57,104 nt of DNA from Candidatus Olsenella stercoravium. GTDB taxonomy: Bacteria > Actinomycetota > Coriobacteriia > Coriobacteriales > Atopobiaceae. Where the stretch lies: contig DXBZ01000035.1 of assembly GCA_019116265.1 (NCBI GenBank), positions 1 to 57,104 on the forward strand, written 5' to 3'. This document shows positions 1-12,421 of this stretch, piece after piece. The position numbers and the translations under genes were made by a program. Each line of letters begins with the position of its first letter. Within the stretch, counting starts at the first letter, position 1. The notes below the pieces were generated by a model. That model was given only the letters and a program-made list of their open reading frames with translations, was not told where the DNA came from and searched no databases.

Positions 1-1932
1 TCCAACGCCTCGGATGCAATCGACAAGCTCTACCTCAAGAGCCTGACCGATAGCTCCGTGCAGGTGGACCAGGCTAACCTCGCCATCAATGTGGCCTTTG
101 ACAAGGATGCGCGCACCATCACCGTCTCAGACAACGGCATCGGCATGACCGCCGAGGAGCTCGAGAAGAACCTCGGCACCATCGCCCACTCCGGCTCCGA
201 GGAGTTCAAGGCCGCCAACGCCGAGGCCCAGGGCGACGCCGTGGACATCATCGGCCGCTTTGGCGTGGGTTTCTACTCCGCCTTCATGGTGGCCAAGGAG
301 GTCAGCGTGGTCACGCGCGCCTGGGGCGCCGACGAGTGCAACCGCTGGACCTCCGACGGTGTCGAGGGCTACACAATCGAGCCCGTTCCCGCCGACGACC
401 CGGCGTATCGCGACGCCTGCGGCACCACGATCGTCCTCACCCTCAAGGACAACGCCGAGGAGGCCAACTACGACGAGTTCCTCAGCGAGTGGAAGCTTCG
501 CGAGCTGATCAGGAAGTACAGCAACTACATGCGCTACCCCGTGCAGATGCTCGTGACCAAGAGCCGCGAGAAGGAGAGGCCCGCAGACGCCGGCGACGAC
601 TACAGGCCGGAGTGGGAGGACTACACCGAGCTCGAGACCATAAACTCCATGACCCCGATCTGGAAGAAGCGCTCCTCCGAGGTCACGGACGAGGAGTACG
701 CCGAGTTCTACAAGTCCACCTTCCACGACTGGGCCGACCCCGCCCGCACCTTCAGCCTGCACGCCGAGGGCACGCTCGAGTACGACGCCCTGCTCTTCAT
801 CCCTGGCAAGGCGCCCTTTGACCTCTACAGCCGCGACTACGAGAAGGGCCTCGAGCTCTACAGCTCCAACGTCCTGATCATGGAGAAGTGCGCCGACCTC
901 CTGCCCGACTACTACAACTTCGTCCGCGGCGTGGTGGACTCCTCCGACGTCTCCCTCAACATCTCCCGCGAGACCCTCCAGCAGACCCGTCAGCTCCAGG
1001 CCATGGCGCGCCGCATAGAGAAGAAGGTCACGAGCGAGCTCGAGGCCATGCGCGACAACGACCGCGAGGCCTACGAGGGCTTCTTCGAGAACTTCGGCCG
1101 CGGCCTCAAGTACGGAATCTACTCCAGCTACGGCATGAAGAAGGACGAGCTCGCCGGGCTGCTCCTCTTCTGGAGCGCGCGCGAGCAGAAGATGGTGACG
1201 CTCCAGGAGTACGTGGCCGCCATGCCCGCCGACCAGAAGGCGATCTACTACGCCGCCGGCGACGACCGTGAGCGCCTTGCCAAGATGCCCGTGGTGGAGT
1301 CCGTGCTCGCCAAGGGCTACGACGTGCTCCTTGCCACGCAGGACGTGGACGAGTTCTGCTTCCAGGCCATGCGCGACTTCACGGCGACGGGCCTGCCCAA
1401 GACCTACGCCGATGATGCCGCGCGCGAGGCGGCCGAGAAGGCCGTGGCCGACGGCGCCGAGCCCGAGGTCGAGGACCGCACCGTGGAGCTCAAGAACGTG
1501 AACTCCGGCGACCTTGACCTTGCCACTGACGAGGAGAAGAAGGAGGCCGAGGAGGCCACCAAGGCAAACGAGGGCCTGTTCGGAGCCATGAAGGACGCGC
1601 TGGGCGACAAGGTCGAGAAGGTCGCGGTGTCCACGCGCCTCGCCGCCGACGGCGCGCCGGCCGTGATCACCTCCGAGGGCCCGCTCACGCTCGAGATGGA
1701 GAAGGTCCTCGCTGCCGGGCCCGAGGCGGGGGAGGCCCCCAAGGCCGTCCGCGTGCTCGAGGTCAACGCCAAGCACCCGGTCTTTGAGAAGCTTCGCGCC
1801 GCGCAGGGGGCGGGCGACAAGGACAAGGTCGCGCTCTACGCGGGGCTCCTCTACAACCAGGCGCTGCTCGTCGAGGGCATCCTCCCCGAGGACCCCGTGG
1901 CCTTTGCCTCTCAGGTCTGCGAACTCATGTAG
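1..1932 (+). CDS. htpG: Molecular chaperone HtpG (Hsp90), 5'-truncated by the window
   Basis: Frame open from base 1 (SNASDAIDK); Hsp90 motifs DNGIGMT, NLGTIAHSG, GxFGVGFYS, LNISRE. Confidence 0.97.
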   Translation, partial: SNASDAIDKLYLKSLTDSSVQVDQANLAINVAFDKDARTITVSDNGIGMTAEELEKNLGTIAHSGSEEFKAANAEAQGDAVDIIGRFGVGFYSAFMVAKEVSVVTRAWGADECNRWTSDGVEGYTIEPVPADDPAYRDACGTTIVLTLKDNAEEANYDEFLSEWKLRELIRKYSNYMRYPVQMLVTKSREKERPADAGDDYRPEWEDYTELETINSMTPIWKKRSSEVTDEEYAEFYKSTFHDWADPARTFSLHAEGTLEYDALLFIPGKAPFDLYSRDYEKGLELYSSNVLIMEKCADLLPDYYNFVRGVVDSSDVSLNISRETLQQTRQLQAMARRIEKKVTSELEAMRDNDREAYEGFFENFGRGLKYGIYSSYGMKKDELAGLLLFWSAREQKMVTLQEYVAAMPADQKAIYYAAGDDRERLAKMPVVESVLAKGYDVLLATQDVDEFCFQAMRDFTATGLPKTYADDAAREAAEKAVADGAEPEVEDRTVELKNVNSGDLDLATDEEKKEAEEATKANEGLFGAMKDALGDKVEKVAVSTRLAADGAPAVITSEGPLTLEMEKVLAAGPEAGEAPKAVRVLEVNAKHPVFEKLRAAQGAGDKDKVALYAGLLYNQALLVEGILPEDPVAFASQVCELM

Positions 1933-1956
1933 CTGCCCAAAGGGGGCGGACCCCAC

Positions 1957-4900
1957 CTAGGAATAGCGCTCGAGGCAGGCGTTGCGGGCGATTCTGCGAA
2001 CCTCGGCGGCCTGGGCGTCGTCGAGGTTCGCGCATATGCGCTCGGCGATGACGTCCTCCGTGGCGCTCCTGTCCCAGCGGACGCCTCTGCGCCAGGCCTT
2101 GCGGCAGAGGCGTCGCCAGGCGCCCTCACAGGTCGCTGCCCTGCGACGCCGGACGAGAAGGACGAGCGCTCCGCCCGCGAGCGCGATTGCCGCCAGGGCG
2201 AGGAGGCTGGCTGTCTGCCAGTCGATTGGCGAGGGGGCGTCCTTCTCGTCCGGCTCGACGGGGGAGTCCTGCAGAGGCGTCTCCTCTGCGGGCTCGGCGG
2301 GCGTCTGCTCGGGAACGTCCGGCTCCTCGGCCTCAGGCGTCTGGTCCGGCTCGCTCGGCTCCGCAACCGGTGCGCCGTCGGCGGGCGTCACGTCGACGCC
2401 GACCCAGCCGACCCCGTCGAGCCAGACCTCCGCCCAGGCGTGAAGCTGGAGCATGGTGACCACGTAGCTTCCGTCTGCGTCGCGCGTCGGGTCGGGCGCG
2501 TAGCCGAGCGCCACGCGCGCGGGAACGCCGAGCTCCCGCGCGAGCAGCGCAAACGCCGTGGCGTAGTGAGTGCAGTAGCCCTCGCGCTCGACGAGGAAGT
2601 CATTGACGACCTCGAGATTGTCCAACCCGTCGCCACCGGGGGCGTCAAGCGAGTAGGAGAAGCTCCCGTCGGTGAAGAAGGCCACGAGCCAGCGGACGGC
2701 CTCCACCTCACTGGCAATGTTGCCCGCCGAGGTGCCTGCCCCCTCGGCCTGCGCCTGGTTCACCACGGACGCGATCGCATCGGGAATCTGATCGGGGACC
2801 GCGACGGTCTGCTCGCCGGGACCTTCGCTCTGAGCGTCATAGCGCTCGAGGCTCGGTGCGAGCTGGAACAGCGTGTCAAGGTACGAGGTGCCCGTGATCG
2901 GGGGGAGGTAGCAGCCCGATGCCACGAGGCTCCCGTCGTCGTTGACGAGCTCGGTCGCCGTTCCCGGCGGGGTGGGCAGGGGCCGGTCGCCCGTCCCTTC
3001 GGGAACGAGGGTCGTCGTGACGAAGGGGGCGAGGTCCGCAGCGTACGCCCCCTCTCCGATGCCGCCGTCGCGGCCCGCCCAGAAGAGCGCCGAGCTCCCC
3101 TCGAGCGCGGTGCCATCTGGTCCCCCGAAGCGCCATGTGGTGCCGTCAAAGGTGTCGAGTACGCCGAGTCGAAGGTAGACGGGCCCGATCGCCGTGGTCT
3201 CATAGCTGAGGACCAAATCGGCCGACCTGCTGCGCAGATCTTGCGAGAGGTCCACGAGCGTCTCGACGCGCGTCCCGCCCGCGGACCACGGCGAGAAGTC
3301 GCCCGAGGGGGCGACGGCGCTCGCACCCCACCCGAGCGCGAGGGCGAGCAGCGCGACCGCCGCGCCGCGCGCGGGACGGGGCCGTGCGCTCACGGAGAGC
3401 CAGACGAGCGCGAGTCCCAGCGCGACGCTCGCCCACGTCCAGGCAAGGTTGGCTCCGGGCCCCATGATCGACTGGTCGACAGCCGAGAGGCCCAGCGGGA
3501 CGAGCGCGGCGGCGGGTCTGAGCGAGCGCGAGGCGCAGAGCACGGCGAGAAGGGCGGCGAGCCCGGCTCCCATGAGCACGACGAGAAGGTCCCAGGTATC
3601 GGGTGCGCCCGGAGCGAAAGTCCCCGAGAGCTGCTCGGCACCCGTCGAGATGACGGTCGCGAGCGAGGCCAGGGGCTCGTCCCACACCGTCCGGGATGCG
3701 TCGGGCCCCACGCGCTCGTCGAGGGCGGTCAGGGCGAGCGCGGCCCCTGTGACGACCAGCGCTGCGGCCACAAGCGGCGGAAGCGCGACACGAGCCGCCC
3801 AACGCGCGTCGCGCCAGCGCAGGAGCGAACCGAGCAGCGAGCCCGCCGCGGCGCCCGCGCACAGGAGCACGGGGACGCTCTCGCGCCACGCGCCCTCGTA
3901 GATCATGCTGGTGAGGGAGGCGCACGCAAGCATCGCAAGCGCGACGCAGGCGAGAAGGGCGGCGAGCTCCGCCGCGACGTGCGGGTGCGGGGTCTCGCTC
4001 GTTACCCGTCCCGGTGCGCCGCCGTGGCCCTTCTCGGCAGGCGCCTCGTGCGCCTCACCGGCCCGCGCGGGCCCCTCGGCGCGCACGACGGTGACGGCGC
4101 CCGCGATCGGCCCGCCTCGCAAGGCCCGCTCCAGCGCGCCTCCCGCCTCGCAGGTGACGAGCACCACGCGCCGACGCTCGGACCCGCCGCCCGCGAGCCG
4201 GGCGACGCCGCGGGCACGCTCCTCGGCCAGCCCCGCGTCCGCGCGCTCGCCCACGACAGCGGCGCAGAAGCGCTCCTGCTGGACCGGGGAGCGCAGGGCG
4301 AGCGCCCCGTCGCTCAGCAGGACGTCGGGGTTGTTCCGCAGGGCCTGGAGCACGGCCGCCGTCGCCGCCGCCAGCTCGTCGCCCGAGCCCGCTCCAAGCG
4401 TGTCGGCAACCACGAGCACCGCCGACGCGCCCTTTCCCGAACGCTCGAAGGACATGAGCTCGCCGTGGTGGGCGCTCTGCCGCCAGGCGATCTGTCGCAG
4501 GCCGTCGCCCCGCTCGTAGGGACGCACGCCCGTGGGGTCCGGCTCGGGGCTCGCGTCCATGAGTCGCGCGAGCTGACGGCTCTTGACGGAGCGCAGCAGC
4601 TCGTGGCTCACGGCGGGAGGAACGCGCAGCTCGCGAGCGGCGGGCTCGACGCGCGCGGCGCGCCAGAAGCCAAAGGCGTCGGTCCAGCTCAGACGCACGC
4701 TTCGTTGACGATAGAGGCCACGTTCGGTTCCCGGCGCGGAGAGGCTCCGAACGACTTTGCCGCGCTGGTCGACGCGCACCCAGGATTCGACGCGCGCGCT
4801 CGTCTCCACGAGGCGCGACCATGGTCCGCGCGTGCGCAGGCGGCGGGCGAGAAGGACCTCGGCTAGCCCCGTGACGCAACCGGCGAGAAGCGCGATTCCG

Positions 4901-5024
4901 GCGGCGCCCGGTGCGAGCCAGCCACCGACGAGACCCGTGAGCAGGAGCGCGGCGCCGAGGACAAGCTGGACGGCCCCGCGTCTCGTGAGGGCCGGGAAGT
5001 GGTCGCCCTTCTCGCCCCGCCCGC

Positions 5025-5028
<4 letters not shown>
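1957..5028 (-). CDS. DUF58 + membrane region + transglutaminase-like domain fusion protein (about 1023 aa)
   Basis: ATG at 5028 overlaps the MoxR stop (ATGA); DUF58 motif VRPYERGDGLRQIAWRQSA; many TM segments; transglutaminase triad GYCTHYA / HAWAEV / VDVTP. Confidence 0.85.
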
Positions 5029-5984
<956 letters not shown>

Positions 5985-6130
5985 GCTCCACCCCCCTGCC
6001 CGAAAGGGGACTGGCCCCTTGTAGGCAAGTTTCGAGCGTGTAGCCGCTCCCCGAGGCAGCGATTCGGCGAGCGGCGAATTGCTATGCTTGAGCTTCGGTG
6101 GTCCCACCGAACGCGAGAAACGGGGGAGAC

Positions 6131-7471
6131 ATGGTCAAGATGCTGGTTCTCGTTCGGCACGGCGAGCCCGAGGCAACTTCGCCCACGGGCTCTGACCTCG
6201 ACCGCAGGCTCACGAACTCGGGCGTTCGCTCGCTGAGGGCCGGCTATCCCCGCACCTTTGCCCTGCTCGGCGACAAGCCGCACGTCAGCGTGTGGAGCAG
6301 CCCCGCCGTGCGCGCCCTCGAGACGGCCGACGTCGTTGCCGCCGCCGTGGGCGTCGAGGACATCGAGGTCCGTCAGTCCCTCTACGCCCAGGACAGCGCC
6401 GCGTTTCTTGCCGAGCTGGAGGCGACGGACGCCTCGTGCGTGATCGCCGTGGGGCACGCGCCCTTCGTGGACACGCTCGCGGCGCGCCTGGTGGGGACGT
6501 GCCCGCCGTTTGGCAAGGGTACCGTCGCCGCCATCGACCTGCCCGAGGGTCCCGCCCGTCGCGGCGTCCTGCGCTGGTTCGTGGCCGGGCCCGAGTGCGC
6601 CTCGTGGGAGGAGCTCGCCGTCGTGGAGCGCGCGCTGGCGGCCTCGGCCACCGATCTGGTGGGCAGCGCCAAGGCGTTTCTCGCCTCCCCTGACGAGCCG
6701 GACGGGCTCCTGGAGTTCAGGGTCGCCATCCGCCGCGTGCGCTCGCTGCTGCAGTTCCTCGCGCCGTGGCAGGCCAAGAAGCAGAACCGTCGCTGTGAGC
6801 ACGTGCTCAAGGAGCTGCAGGCGGCCTCCGCGCGCCTGCGCGCCCTCGACATCCTCTCCGATGCCGTGGACGGCCTCGTGGAGAGCGGTGAGCTGGGCGA
6901 GAACTGCCTGCTGCCGATGGCGTGCGCCAAGGAGCGCGCGCTCGAGTGCTCGTCGCTCGTCACGCTGATGCGCAAGCGTCACGCCGCGAAGGACCTCAAG
7001 CGGCTCGCGCGCGACCTCGCCTCCCTGAGCTGGAAGGCCAGGATCGCCGAGCGCGGACTCACCGCCGAGGACTTCCGCGAGCGCTTTGACGCCCAGTTCA
7101 ACGAGGTCGACGAGGACCTCTTTGGCCTCGATTTGCGCGACGGCGACGCTGTGTACGTGGCGCGCCGCGACACCAAGGAGATGCGCTACGTCGCCGAGCG
7201 CCTGGGCGAGGTGCTGGGGCCGGACCGCGCGCAGATGGGCGAGTACCTCGATGAGATTCAGCGCGAGCTGGGCGCCCTCTCCGACGCGCGCAGCAACAAG
7301 CAGCTCGCCGAGGACTGCGCCAAGAGCCCGCGCTTCCGCGGCGTGCGTGCCGACCTTGGTGTGGTGGCGCGCGACCAGGCCGAGGTCGTCTCGGCAATCA
7401 CCTCCGGGATGGAGCGTCGCGAGGCTGACGGTCGTTCCGCGCGCACACCGGAAGAGGACGAGGAGGAGTAG
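6131..7471 (+). CDS. SixA-like histidine phosphatase fused to a CHAD domain
   Basis: N-terminal [19 protein letters not shown]; C-terminal helical CHAD-like region ([25 protein letters not shown]); RBS GGAG before ATG 6131. Confidence 0.8.
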   Translation: MVKMLVLVRHGEPEATSPTGSDLDRRLTNSGVRSLRAGYPRTFALLGDKPHVSVWSSPAVRALETADVVAAAVGVEDIEVRQSLYAQDSAAFLAELEATDASCVIAVGHAPFVDTLAARLVGTCPPFGKGTVAAIDLPEGPARRGVLRWFVAGPECASWEELAVVERALAASATDLVGSAKAFLASPDEPDGLLEFRVAIRRVRSLLQFLAPWQAKKQNRRCEHVLKELQAASARLRALDILSDAVDGLVESGELGENCLLPMACAKERALECSSLVTLMRKRHAAKDLKRLARDLASLSWKARIAERGLTAEDFRERFDAQFNEVDEDLFGLDLRDGDAVYVARRDTKEMRYVAERLGEVLGPDRAQMGEYLDEIQRELGALSDARSNKQLAEDCAKSPRFRGVRADLGVVARDQAEVVSAITSGMERREADGRSARTPEEDEEE

Positions 7472-7473
7472 GC

Positions 7474-8877
7474 GTGGCACAGGGCGACGAGAAGGACGGC
7501 TGGCGCGTCGAGCGCGACTCGATGGGGGAGATGCTCGTGCCGGCCGACGCGCTCTGGGGCGCGCAGACCGAGCGCAGCCACCAGAACTTTCCGATTGGCA
7601 CCGAGCGCATGCCCGAGGAGATCGTGCGCGCGTTCGCCCTGGTGAAGAAGGCTGCCGCTCGAGCCAACTGCGGCCTCGGGCGCCTCGGCGAGGCCGAGCG
7701 CGACCTGATCTGCGCGGCTGCCGACGAGGTTCTTCTCGGCGCCCATGACGCCGACTTTCCTCTTGTGGTGTGGCAGACGGGATCGGGCACCCAGTCCAAC
7801 ATGAACATGAACGAGGTGCTTGCCAACCGCGCCAATCAGCTCGCGGCCGAGAGGGGCGTGGCGCTGGAGAAGCCGCTGCACCCCAACGACTCCGTCAACA
7901 TGAGCCAGTCCTCCAACGACACCTTTCCCACGGCCATGCATGTCGCTGCGGCGCTGGCGGTGACGGGGCGCCTGCTGCCTGCGATCGACCAACTCGCGGC
8001 CACGCTGCGCCGTCTGGAGGCGGAGAACGAGGGCGTGGTCAAGAGCGGCCGCACCCACCTGCAGGATGCGGTGCCCATCTCCTTCTCGCAGGAGATCTCC
8101 GGCTGGCGCGGGCTGCTCGAGGGCTCTCGTGAGGAGCTGCTCGCCGCGATGCCGGGTCTTTATCGCCTGGCACTGGGCGGAACCGCCGTGGGCACGGGCC
8201 TCAACGCTCCCGCCGGCTTCGACGAGGCCGTGGCGACGGAGCTTGCCGAGCTCACGGGCCTGCCCTTTGAGACCGACCCCAACAAGTTCCGCGCCCTCAC
8301 GGGCAAGGACGCGCTCGTGTTTAGCCACGGCGCCGTCAAGGGCCTTGCCGCCAACATGATGAAGATCGCCAACGACGTGCGCTGGCTGGCCTCGGGGCCG
8401 CGCCTCGGTCTCGGCGAGATTACGATTCCGGCCAACGAGCCGGGCAGCTCGATCATGCCGGGCAAGGTGAACCCCACGCAGTGCGAGGCCGTCACCATGG
8501 TGGCCGTGCAGGTCATGGGCAACGACGCCGCGATCGGTATGGCGGCATCCCAGGGCAACTTCGAGCTCAACGTCTTCATGCCGGTGATTGCGTACAACTA
8601 CCTGCAGTCCGTTCGCCTGCTCGCGGACGCGATCGTCTCGTTTGACGAGCGCTGCGCGAGCGGCATCACGGCCAACCGCGAGAAGATGGACGAGAACCTC
8701 CACCGCTCGCTCATGCTGGTGACGAGCCTCAACCCCCACATCGGCTACGACAACGCCGCGCGCGTGGCCAAGAAGGCCTTCGCCGAGGGGACGTCGCTGA
8801 AGGAGGCTTGCGTGGCGCTGGGCCTGCTCACACCCGAGCGCTTCGACGAGGTCTTCCGTCCCGAGCAGATGGTCTAG
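7474..8877 (+). CDS. fumC: Class II fumarate hydratase
   Basis: [48 protein letters not shown]. Confidence 0.96.
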   Translation: MAQGDEKDGWRVERDSMGEMLVPADALWGAQTERSHQNFPIGTERMPEEIVRAFALVKKAAARANCGLGRLGEAERDLICAAADEVLLGAHDADFPLVVWQTGSGTQSNMNMNEVLANRANQLAAERGVALEKPLHPNDSVNMSQSSNDTFPTAMHVAAALAVTGRLLPAIDQLAATLRRLEAENEGVVKSGRTHLQDAVPISFSQEISGWRGLLEGSREELLAAMPGLYRLALGGTAVGTGLNAPAGFDEAVATELAELTGLPFETDPNKFRALTGKDALVFSHGAVKGLAANMMKIANDVRWLASGPRLGLGEITIPANEPGSSIMPGKVNPTQCEAVTMVAVQVMGNDAAIGMAASQGNFELNVFMPVIAYNYLQSVRLLADAIVSFDERCASGITANREKMDENLHRSLMLVTSLNPHIGYDNAARVAKKAFAEGTSLKEACVALGLLTPERFDEVFRPEQMV

Positions 8878-8931
8878 CCCACGTTCCTCTCGCCCGCGCT
8901 ATCATGGAGCGCAGCCTACGAAAGGAGCCCC

Positions 8932-10215
8932 ATGAGCGAGCAGAGCATCGGCACCCGCTGCGTCCAGGCCGGCTACACGCCGGGTGACGGAGAGCCGCGC
9001 CAGATCCCCATCGTCCAGTCCACCACCTTCAAGTACGCCACCTCCGAGCACATGGGCCAGCTCTTTGACCTCGAGGCCGAGGGCTACTTCTACACGCGGC
9101 TGCAGAACCCCACAAACGACGCCGTGGCGGCCAAGATCGCCGCGCTCGAGGGCGGCGCCGCGGCGATGCTCACGAGCTCGGGCCAGGCGGCCAACTTCTT
9201 CGCGCTCTTCAACATCTGCGAGGCGGGCAGCCACGTCGTGGCGAGCTCGGCCATCTACGGCGGCACGTACAACCTCATCGCGCACACCATGGCCAAGATG
9301 GGCATCGAGAGCACGTTCGTCTCGCCCACGTGCACGCCGGAGGAGCTTGAGGCGGCCTTCCGCCCCAACACGCGCGCCGTCTTTGGCGAGACCATCGCCA
9401 ACCCGGCGCTCGACGTGCTGGACATCGAGCGCTTTGCGGCGGCCGCCCACGCCCACGGCGTGCCGCTGATCGTGGACAACACCTTCCCCACGCCCGTCTT
9501 CTGTCGCCCCATCGAGTGGGGCGCGGACATCGTGACCCACTCCACCACCAAGTACATGGACGGGCACGGCGTGGGCGTGGGCGGCGCCATCGTGGACTCC
9601 GGTAACTTTGACTGGATGGCGCACGCGGAGAAGTTCCCCGGCCTCACCACGCCGGACGAGTCCTACCACGGCATCGTCTACGCCGAGAAGTTCGGCCAGG
9701 CCGGCGCCTTCATCACCAAGGCGACCTCGCAGCTCATGCGCGACCTCGGCTCCATCCAGAGCCCGCAGAACGCGTTCTACCTCAACATGGGCCTCGAGAG
9801 CCTGCACGTGCGCATGCCGCGCCACTTTGCCAACGGCCTCGCGGTGGCGGAGTACCTCGCGGGCTCCGACAAGGTGACCTCGGTGCGCTTCCCGCACCTC
9901 GCCGGCGACCCGTACCACGAGCTCGCCCAGAAGTACCTGCCCGAGGGCGGCTCCGGCGTGGTGTCCTTTGAGCTCGCCGGCGGCCGCGCGGCTGCCGAGA
10001 AGTTCATGGCGGCCCTGCGTCTTGCCGCGATCGAGACCCACGTGGCCGACGCCCGCACCTGCTGCCTGCACCCGGCCTCCGCGACGCACCGCCAGATGAA
10101 CGACGACGAGCTGGTCGCCGCCGGAATCTCCCCGGCCATGGTGCGCTTCTCGTGCGGCCTGGAGGACAGCGCGGACCTCATCGCCGACATCGAGCAGGCG
10201 CTCGCTGCGATTTAG
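8932..10215 (+). CDS. metY: O-acetylhomoserine/O-acetylserine sulfhydrylase (PLP-dependent, MetY-like)
   Basis: YTRLQNPT, DNTFPTP, HSTTKYMDGHG (PLP lysine), HPASATHRQ. Confidence 0.88.
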   Translation: MSEQSIGTRCVQAGYTPGDGEPRQIPIVQSTTFKYATSEHMGQLFDLEAEGYFYTRLQNPTNDAVAAKIAALEGGAAAMLTSSGQAANFFALFNICEAGSHVVASSAIYGGTYNLIAHTMAKMGIESTFVSPTCTPEELEAAFRPNTRAVFGETIANPALDVLDIERFAAAAHAHGVPLIVDNTFPTPVFCRPIEWGADIVTHSTTKYMDGHGVGVGGAIVDSGNFDWMAHAEKFPGLTTPDESYHGIVYAEKFGQAGAFITKATSQLMRDLGSIQSPQNAFYLNMGLESLHVRMPRHFANGLAVAEYLAGSDKVTSVRFPHLAGDPYHELAQKYLPEGGSGVVSFELAGGRAAAEKFMAALRLAAIETHVADARTCCLHPASATHRQMNDDELVAAGISPAMVRFSCGLEDSADLIADIEQALAAI

Positions 10216-10221
10216 CGAGAC

Positions 10222-10393
10222 ACGTGAACCCAAACCTCTTGAGCTCGTATCTCCCTCTCGGCAGTTTGGGTTCACGTTTTAGTCACCCAAGAAGTAACCC
10301 GCAGGTGGGCAAGTCGCTCACCTGCGGGTTCTTTGGATGGCGTCTCGGCGGGTGCCGGGTGATGAACCCAAACCGCGGGAGGGTTTGGGTTCA
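10222..10393. repeat. Intergenic multi-palindromic element between convergent genes
   Basis: ACGTGAACCCAAAC 10222-35 / GTTTGGGTTCACGT 10264-77; central hairpin 10296-10330; TGAACCCAAACC 10363-74 / GGTTTGGGTTCA 10382-93. Confidence 0.85.
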
Positions 10394-10399
10394 GGGCGG

Positions 10400-10825
10400 C
10401 TACTCTACCTCAAGCAGCTCGATCTCGAAGTTGAGGGCCTTGCCGGCCATCTCGTGGTTCATGTCAAAGGTTATGTTGCCGTCCTCGATGGCCGCGACCA
10501 CGGCGGGGAAGGGCTGACCCATGGCGTTGCTCAGCATGACGCGCTCGCCGGCGGAGAGGTTCTCGGCGCCGGGCATGTCCGCCACGGCCACGGTCTGCAC
10601 GAGGTCCTCGCGGCGCTCGCCGTAGGCCTCGGCGGGCTCGAGGTGCACGTCCACGACCTGGCCGACCTCCATCTCGCGCACGGCCTCGTCAAAGCCCTTG
10701 ATCATCTGGCCGGCCATGCAGGTGAAGGCCAGCGGCTCGCCTCGGTCGCGCGAGGAGTCGAACTTCGTTCCGTCGTCGAGCGTGCCCACGTAATGGACCT
10801 TGACCTTCTTGCCTTCGTTGCCCAT
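10400..10825 (-). CDS. FKBP-type peptidyl-prolyl cis-trans isomerase (SlyD/FkpB-like)
   Basis: VHYVGTLDDGTKFDSS, PAEAYG, DMNHEMAGKALNFEIE. Confidence 0.93.
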   Translation of the reverse strand: MGNEGKKVKVHYVGTLDDGTKFDSSRDRGEPLAFTCMAGQMIKGFDEAVREMEVGQVVDVHLEPAEAYGERREDLVQTVAVADMPGAENLSAGERVMLSNAMGQPFPAVVAAIEDGNITFDMNHEMAGKALNFEIELLEVE

Positions 10826-10889
10826 GTCTCTCCCGTCTCTGGGGTCGGATGCACCGACCCCAGATTCTGACAGATGTGCGAGGCCGGGG

Positions 10890-11927
10890 CTAGTCCACGT
10901 CCGCGCTCTCCCAGATGGCGTCCCAGGCGCGCGTCGTCATGACCTCGTTGCGCGTGGCGTCCCACGTGTCGCTGGTGAGAAGGTCGGCGTTGAGCGGGAA
11001 GCCGAGGATGCCCTCGACGGTCGTCCGGTCAAAGACGTGCACGTCGCGGTCGAGTTCGCCATCGTCGTCGGTCTCCTCTTCGACGATGCGCAGGGTCTGA
11101 AGGTCGCTCGTGACGGACATGGCCGCCACCACGTCGTAGACGAGCGCGCGGTCCACGCAGTCGTCGTCGCGGGCGAGCGCGTCACGGTCGTCATAGGTAT
11201 AGGTCAGCTCGATGGTACCGGTATCGGGCTCCGACATCGCCTGGCGGGCGTAGAATCCGAGGGGCAGCGATTTCATCATCGCAAGGAACGGCTCGGAGCT
11301 CACGGACATGCCCTCGTAGGCGGCGAGCTCGTCGACCGAGTGCGCGTAGACCTCGGCGTCGAGGCCGGTCGAGCCCTCGGCGCCGGCGCCGTATCCATTG
11401 CCCGTGCCGTCCTGTGGGGCGCTTCCGGCGGCGTTCCCGTTGCCGTGCCCGCCGCCGGTCGTGGCGTCATCCTGGTACACGGGAGCGTCGCCGTCTGTGA
11501 CCCGCTGGACGGTCGCGTCCGTCGTGCTGTCGTAGGCGTTGCGTGCGTCGTTCGTGTTCACGATGTTGAGGGCCGTCACCACGATCATGCCCACGACCAG
11601 CGCGCCTGCAACGGCAATCGCCACGATTGCGCCGGCCGACCAACGCTTCCTCTGCGAGGCGGCTGGCTCGGCAACGGGTGCTGCGGCCGTGTGACCGACT
11701 GCGGCCTCGCTGTCCTTCTCGCTGTCCAGCACGTCCTCCACGCTCGTCACGGCCTCGCAGGTGCGCCGGTACGCTTCGTCCTCATCCATCCCCTGCGCGA
11801 CGTAGTCATCGAAGCGCGCCACGAGGTTGCCGTAGATCTCCTCCTTGAGCTCGATGGTCTCGGTGTCGAGCGTGCGCCCCTCAAAGAGGTGCTCGACGTG
11901 CATCCTGATGTCGCCCCTGCCGCTCAT
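10890..11927 (-). CDS. Membrane protein with an N-terminal permease-prefix-type domain and an extracellular DUF4825-like domain
   Basis: ATG 11927 overlaps the PadR stop; ELKEEIYGNL...GMDEDEAY motif; single TM; acidic C-terminal domain; usual PadR partner. Confidence 0.65.
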   Translation of the reverse strand: MSGRGDIRMHVEHLFEGRTLDTETIELKEEIYGNLVARFDDYVAQGMDEDEAYRRTCEAVTSVEDVLDSEKDSEAAVGHTAAAPVAEPAASQRKRWSAGAIVAIAVAGALVVGMIVVTALNIVNTNDARNAYDSTTDATVQRVTDGDAPVYQDDATTGGGHGNGNAAGSAPQDGTGNGYGAGAEGSTGLDAEVYAHSVDELAAYEGMSVSSEPFLAMMKSLPLGFYARQAMSEPDTGTIELTYTYDDRDALARDDDCVDRALVYDVVAAMSVTSDLQTLRIVEEETDDDGELDRDVHVFDRTTVEGILGFPLNADLLTSDTWDATRNEVMTTRAWDAIWESADVD

Positions 11928-12274
11928 GAGTCGCTCCCGTTCTGCCTGAGAAGCCTGTCGATGATGGTCCTGGCGTGCACCCAGCGTGCGGTCGCCTCCG
12001 CGAGCTCGCCGCGCCCGCTCCCTGTGATGTGGTAGTACTTGCGGCGCGCACCCTGGGACTCGCTGCCCCAGTAGCTCTCCACCAGCCCCTGCCCCTCGAG
12101 GCGCTTGAGGCTCGTGTAGAGCGAGGGCTCCTTCATCTCGTACGCGCCGCCGCTCGCGGCCGACACACCCTTGAGGATCTCGTAGCCGTAGGAGTCGCCG
12201 TCGGCGAGCGCGCGCAGCACGATGGCGTCGATGTTTCCGCGAATGAGGTCGCTCTCGGCGTCTCTTGTTGCCAT
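11924..12274 (-). CDS. PadR family transcriptional regulator
   Basis: DSYGYEI, SLYTSLKRLE, RRKYYHITGSG; RBS GGAGGAGGTG. Confidence 0.92.
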   Translation of the reverse strand: MATRDAESDLIRGNIDAIVLRALADGDSYGYEILKGVSAASGGAYEMKEPSLYTSLKRLEGQGLVESYWGSESQGARRKYYHITGSGRGELAEATARWVHARTIIDRLLRQNGSDS

Positions 12275-12421
12275 GGGTCACCTCCTCCTCGTGAAAGCAT
12301 CGTAAAACAGATTACTATGTGTGTCGATATACCTTGGCAGCCAGATACCTGCGAGTGGAGGGATTGGGCCGGCGAGAGGCTTCTTCTGGCTCATGGGGTA
12401 TGCTCTTGTGACGAAGGGAAG

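Noticed and set aside
127-1956. Long antisense ORFs (e.g. 127-1956, 2440-4866, 16277-18220, 20860-22392, 53504-55867, 55992-56990)
   Set aside because: Shadow frames of real genes in high-GC DNA; no motifs or RBS, and abnormal composition
10222-10393. Possible CRISPR array in this or the other repeat elements
   Set aside because: Repeats are inverted and few, with no regular repeat-spacer period and no cas genes
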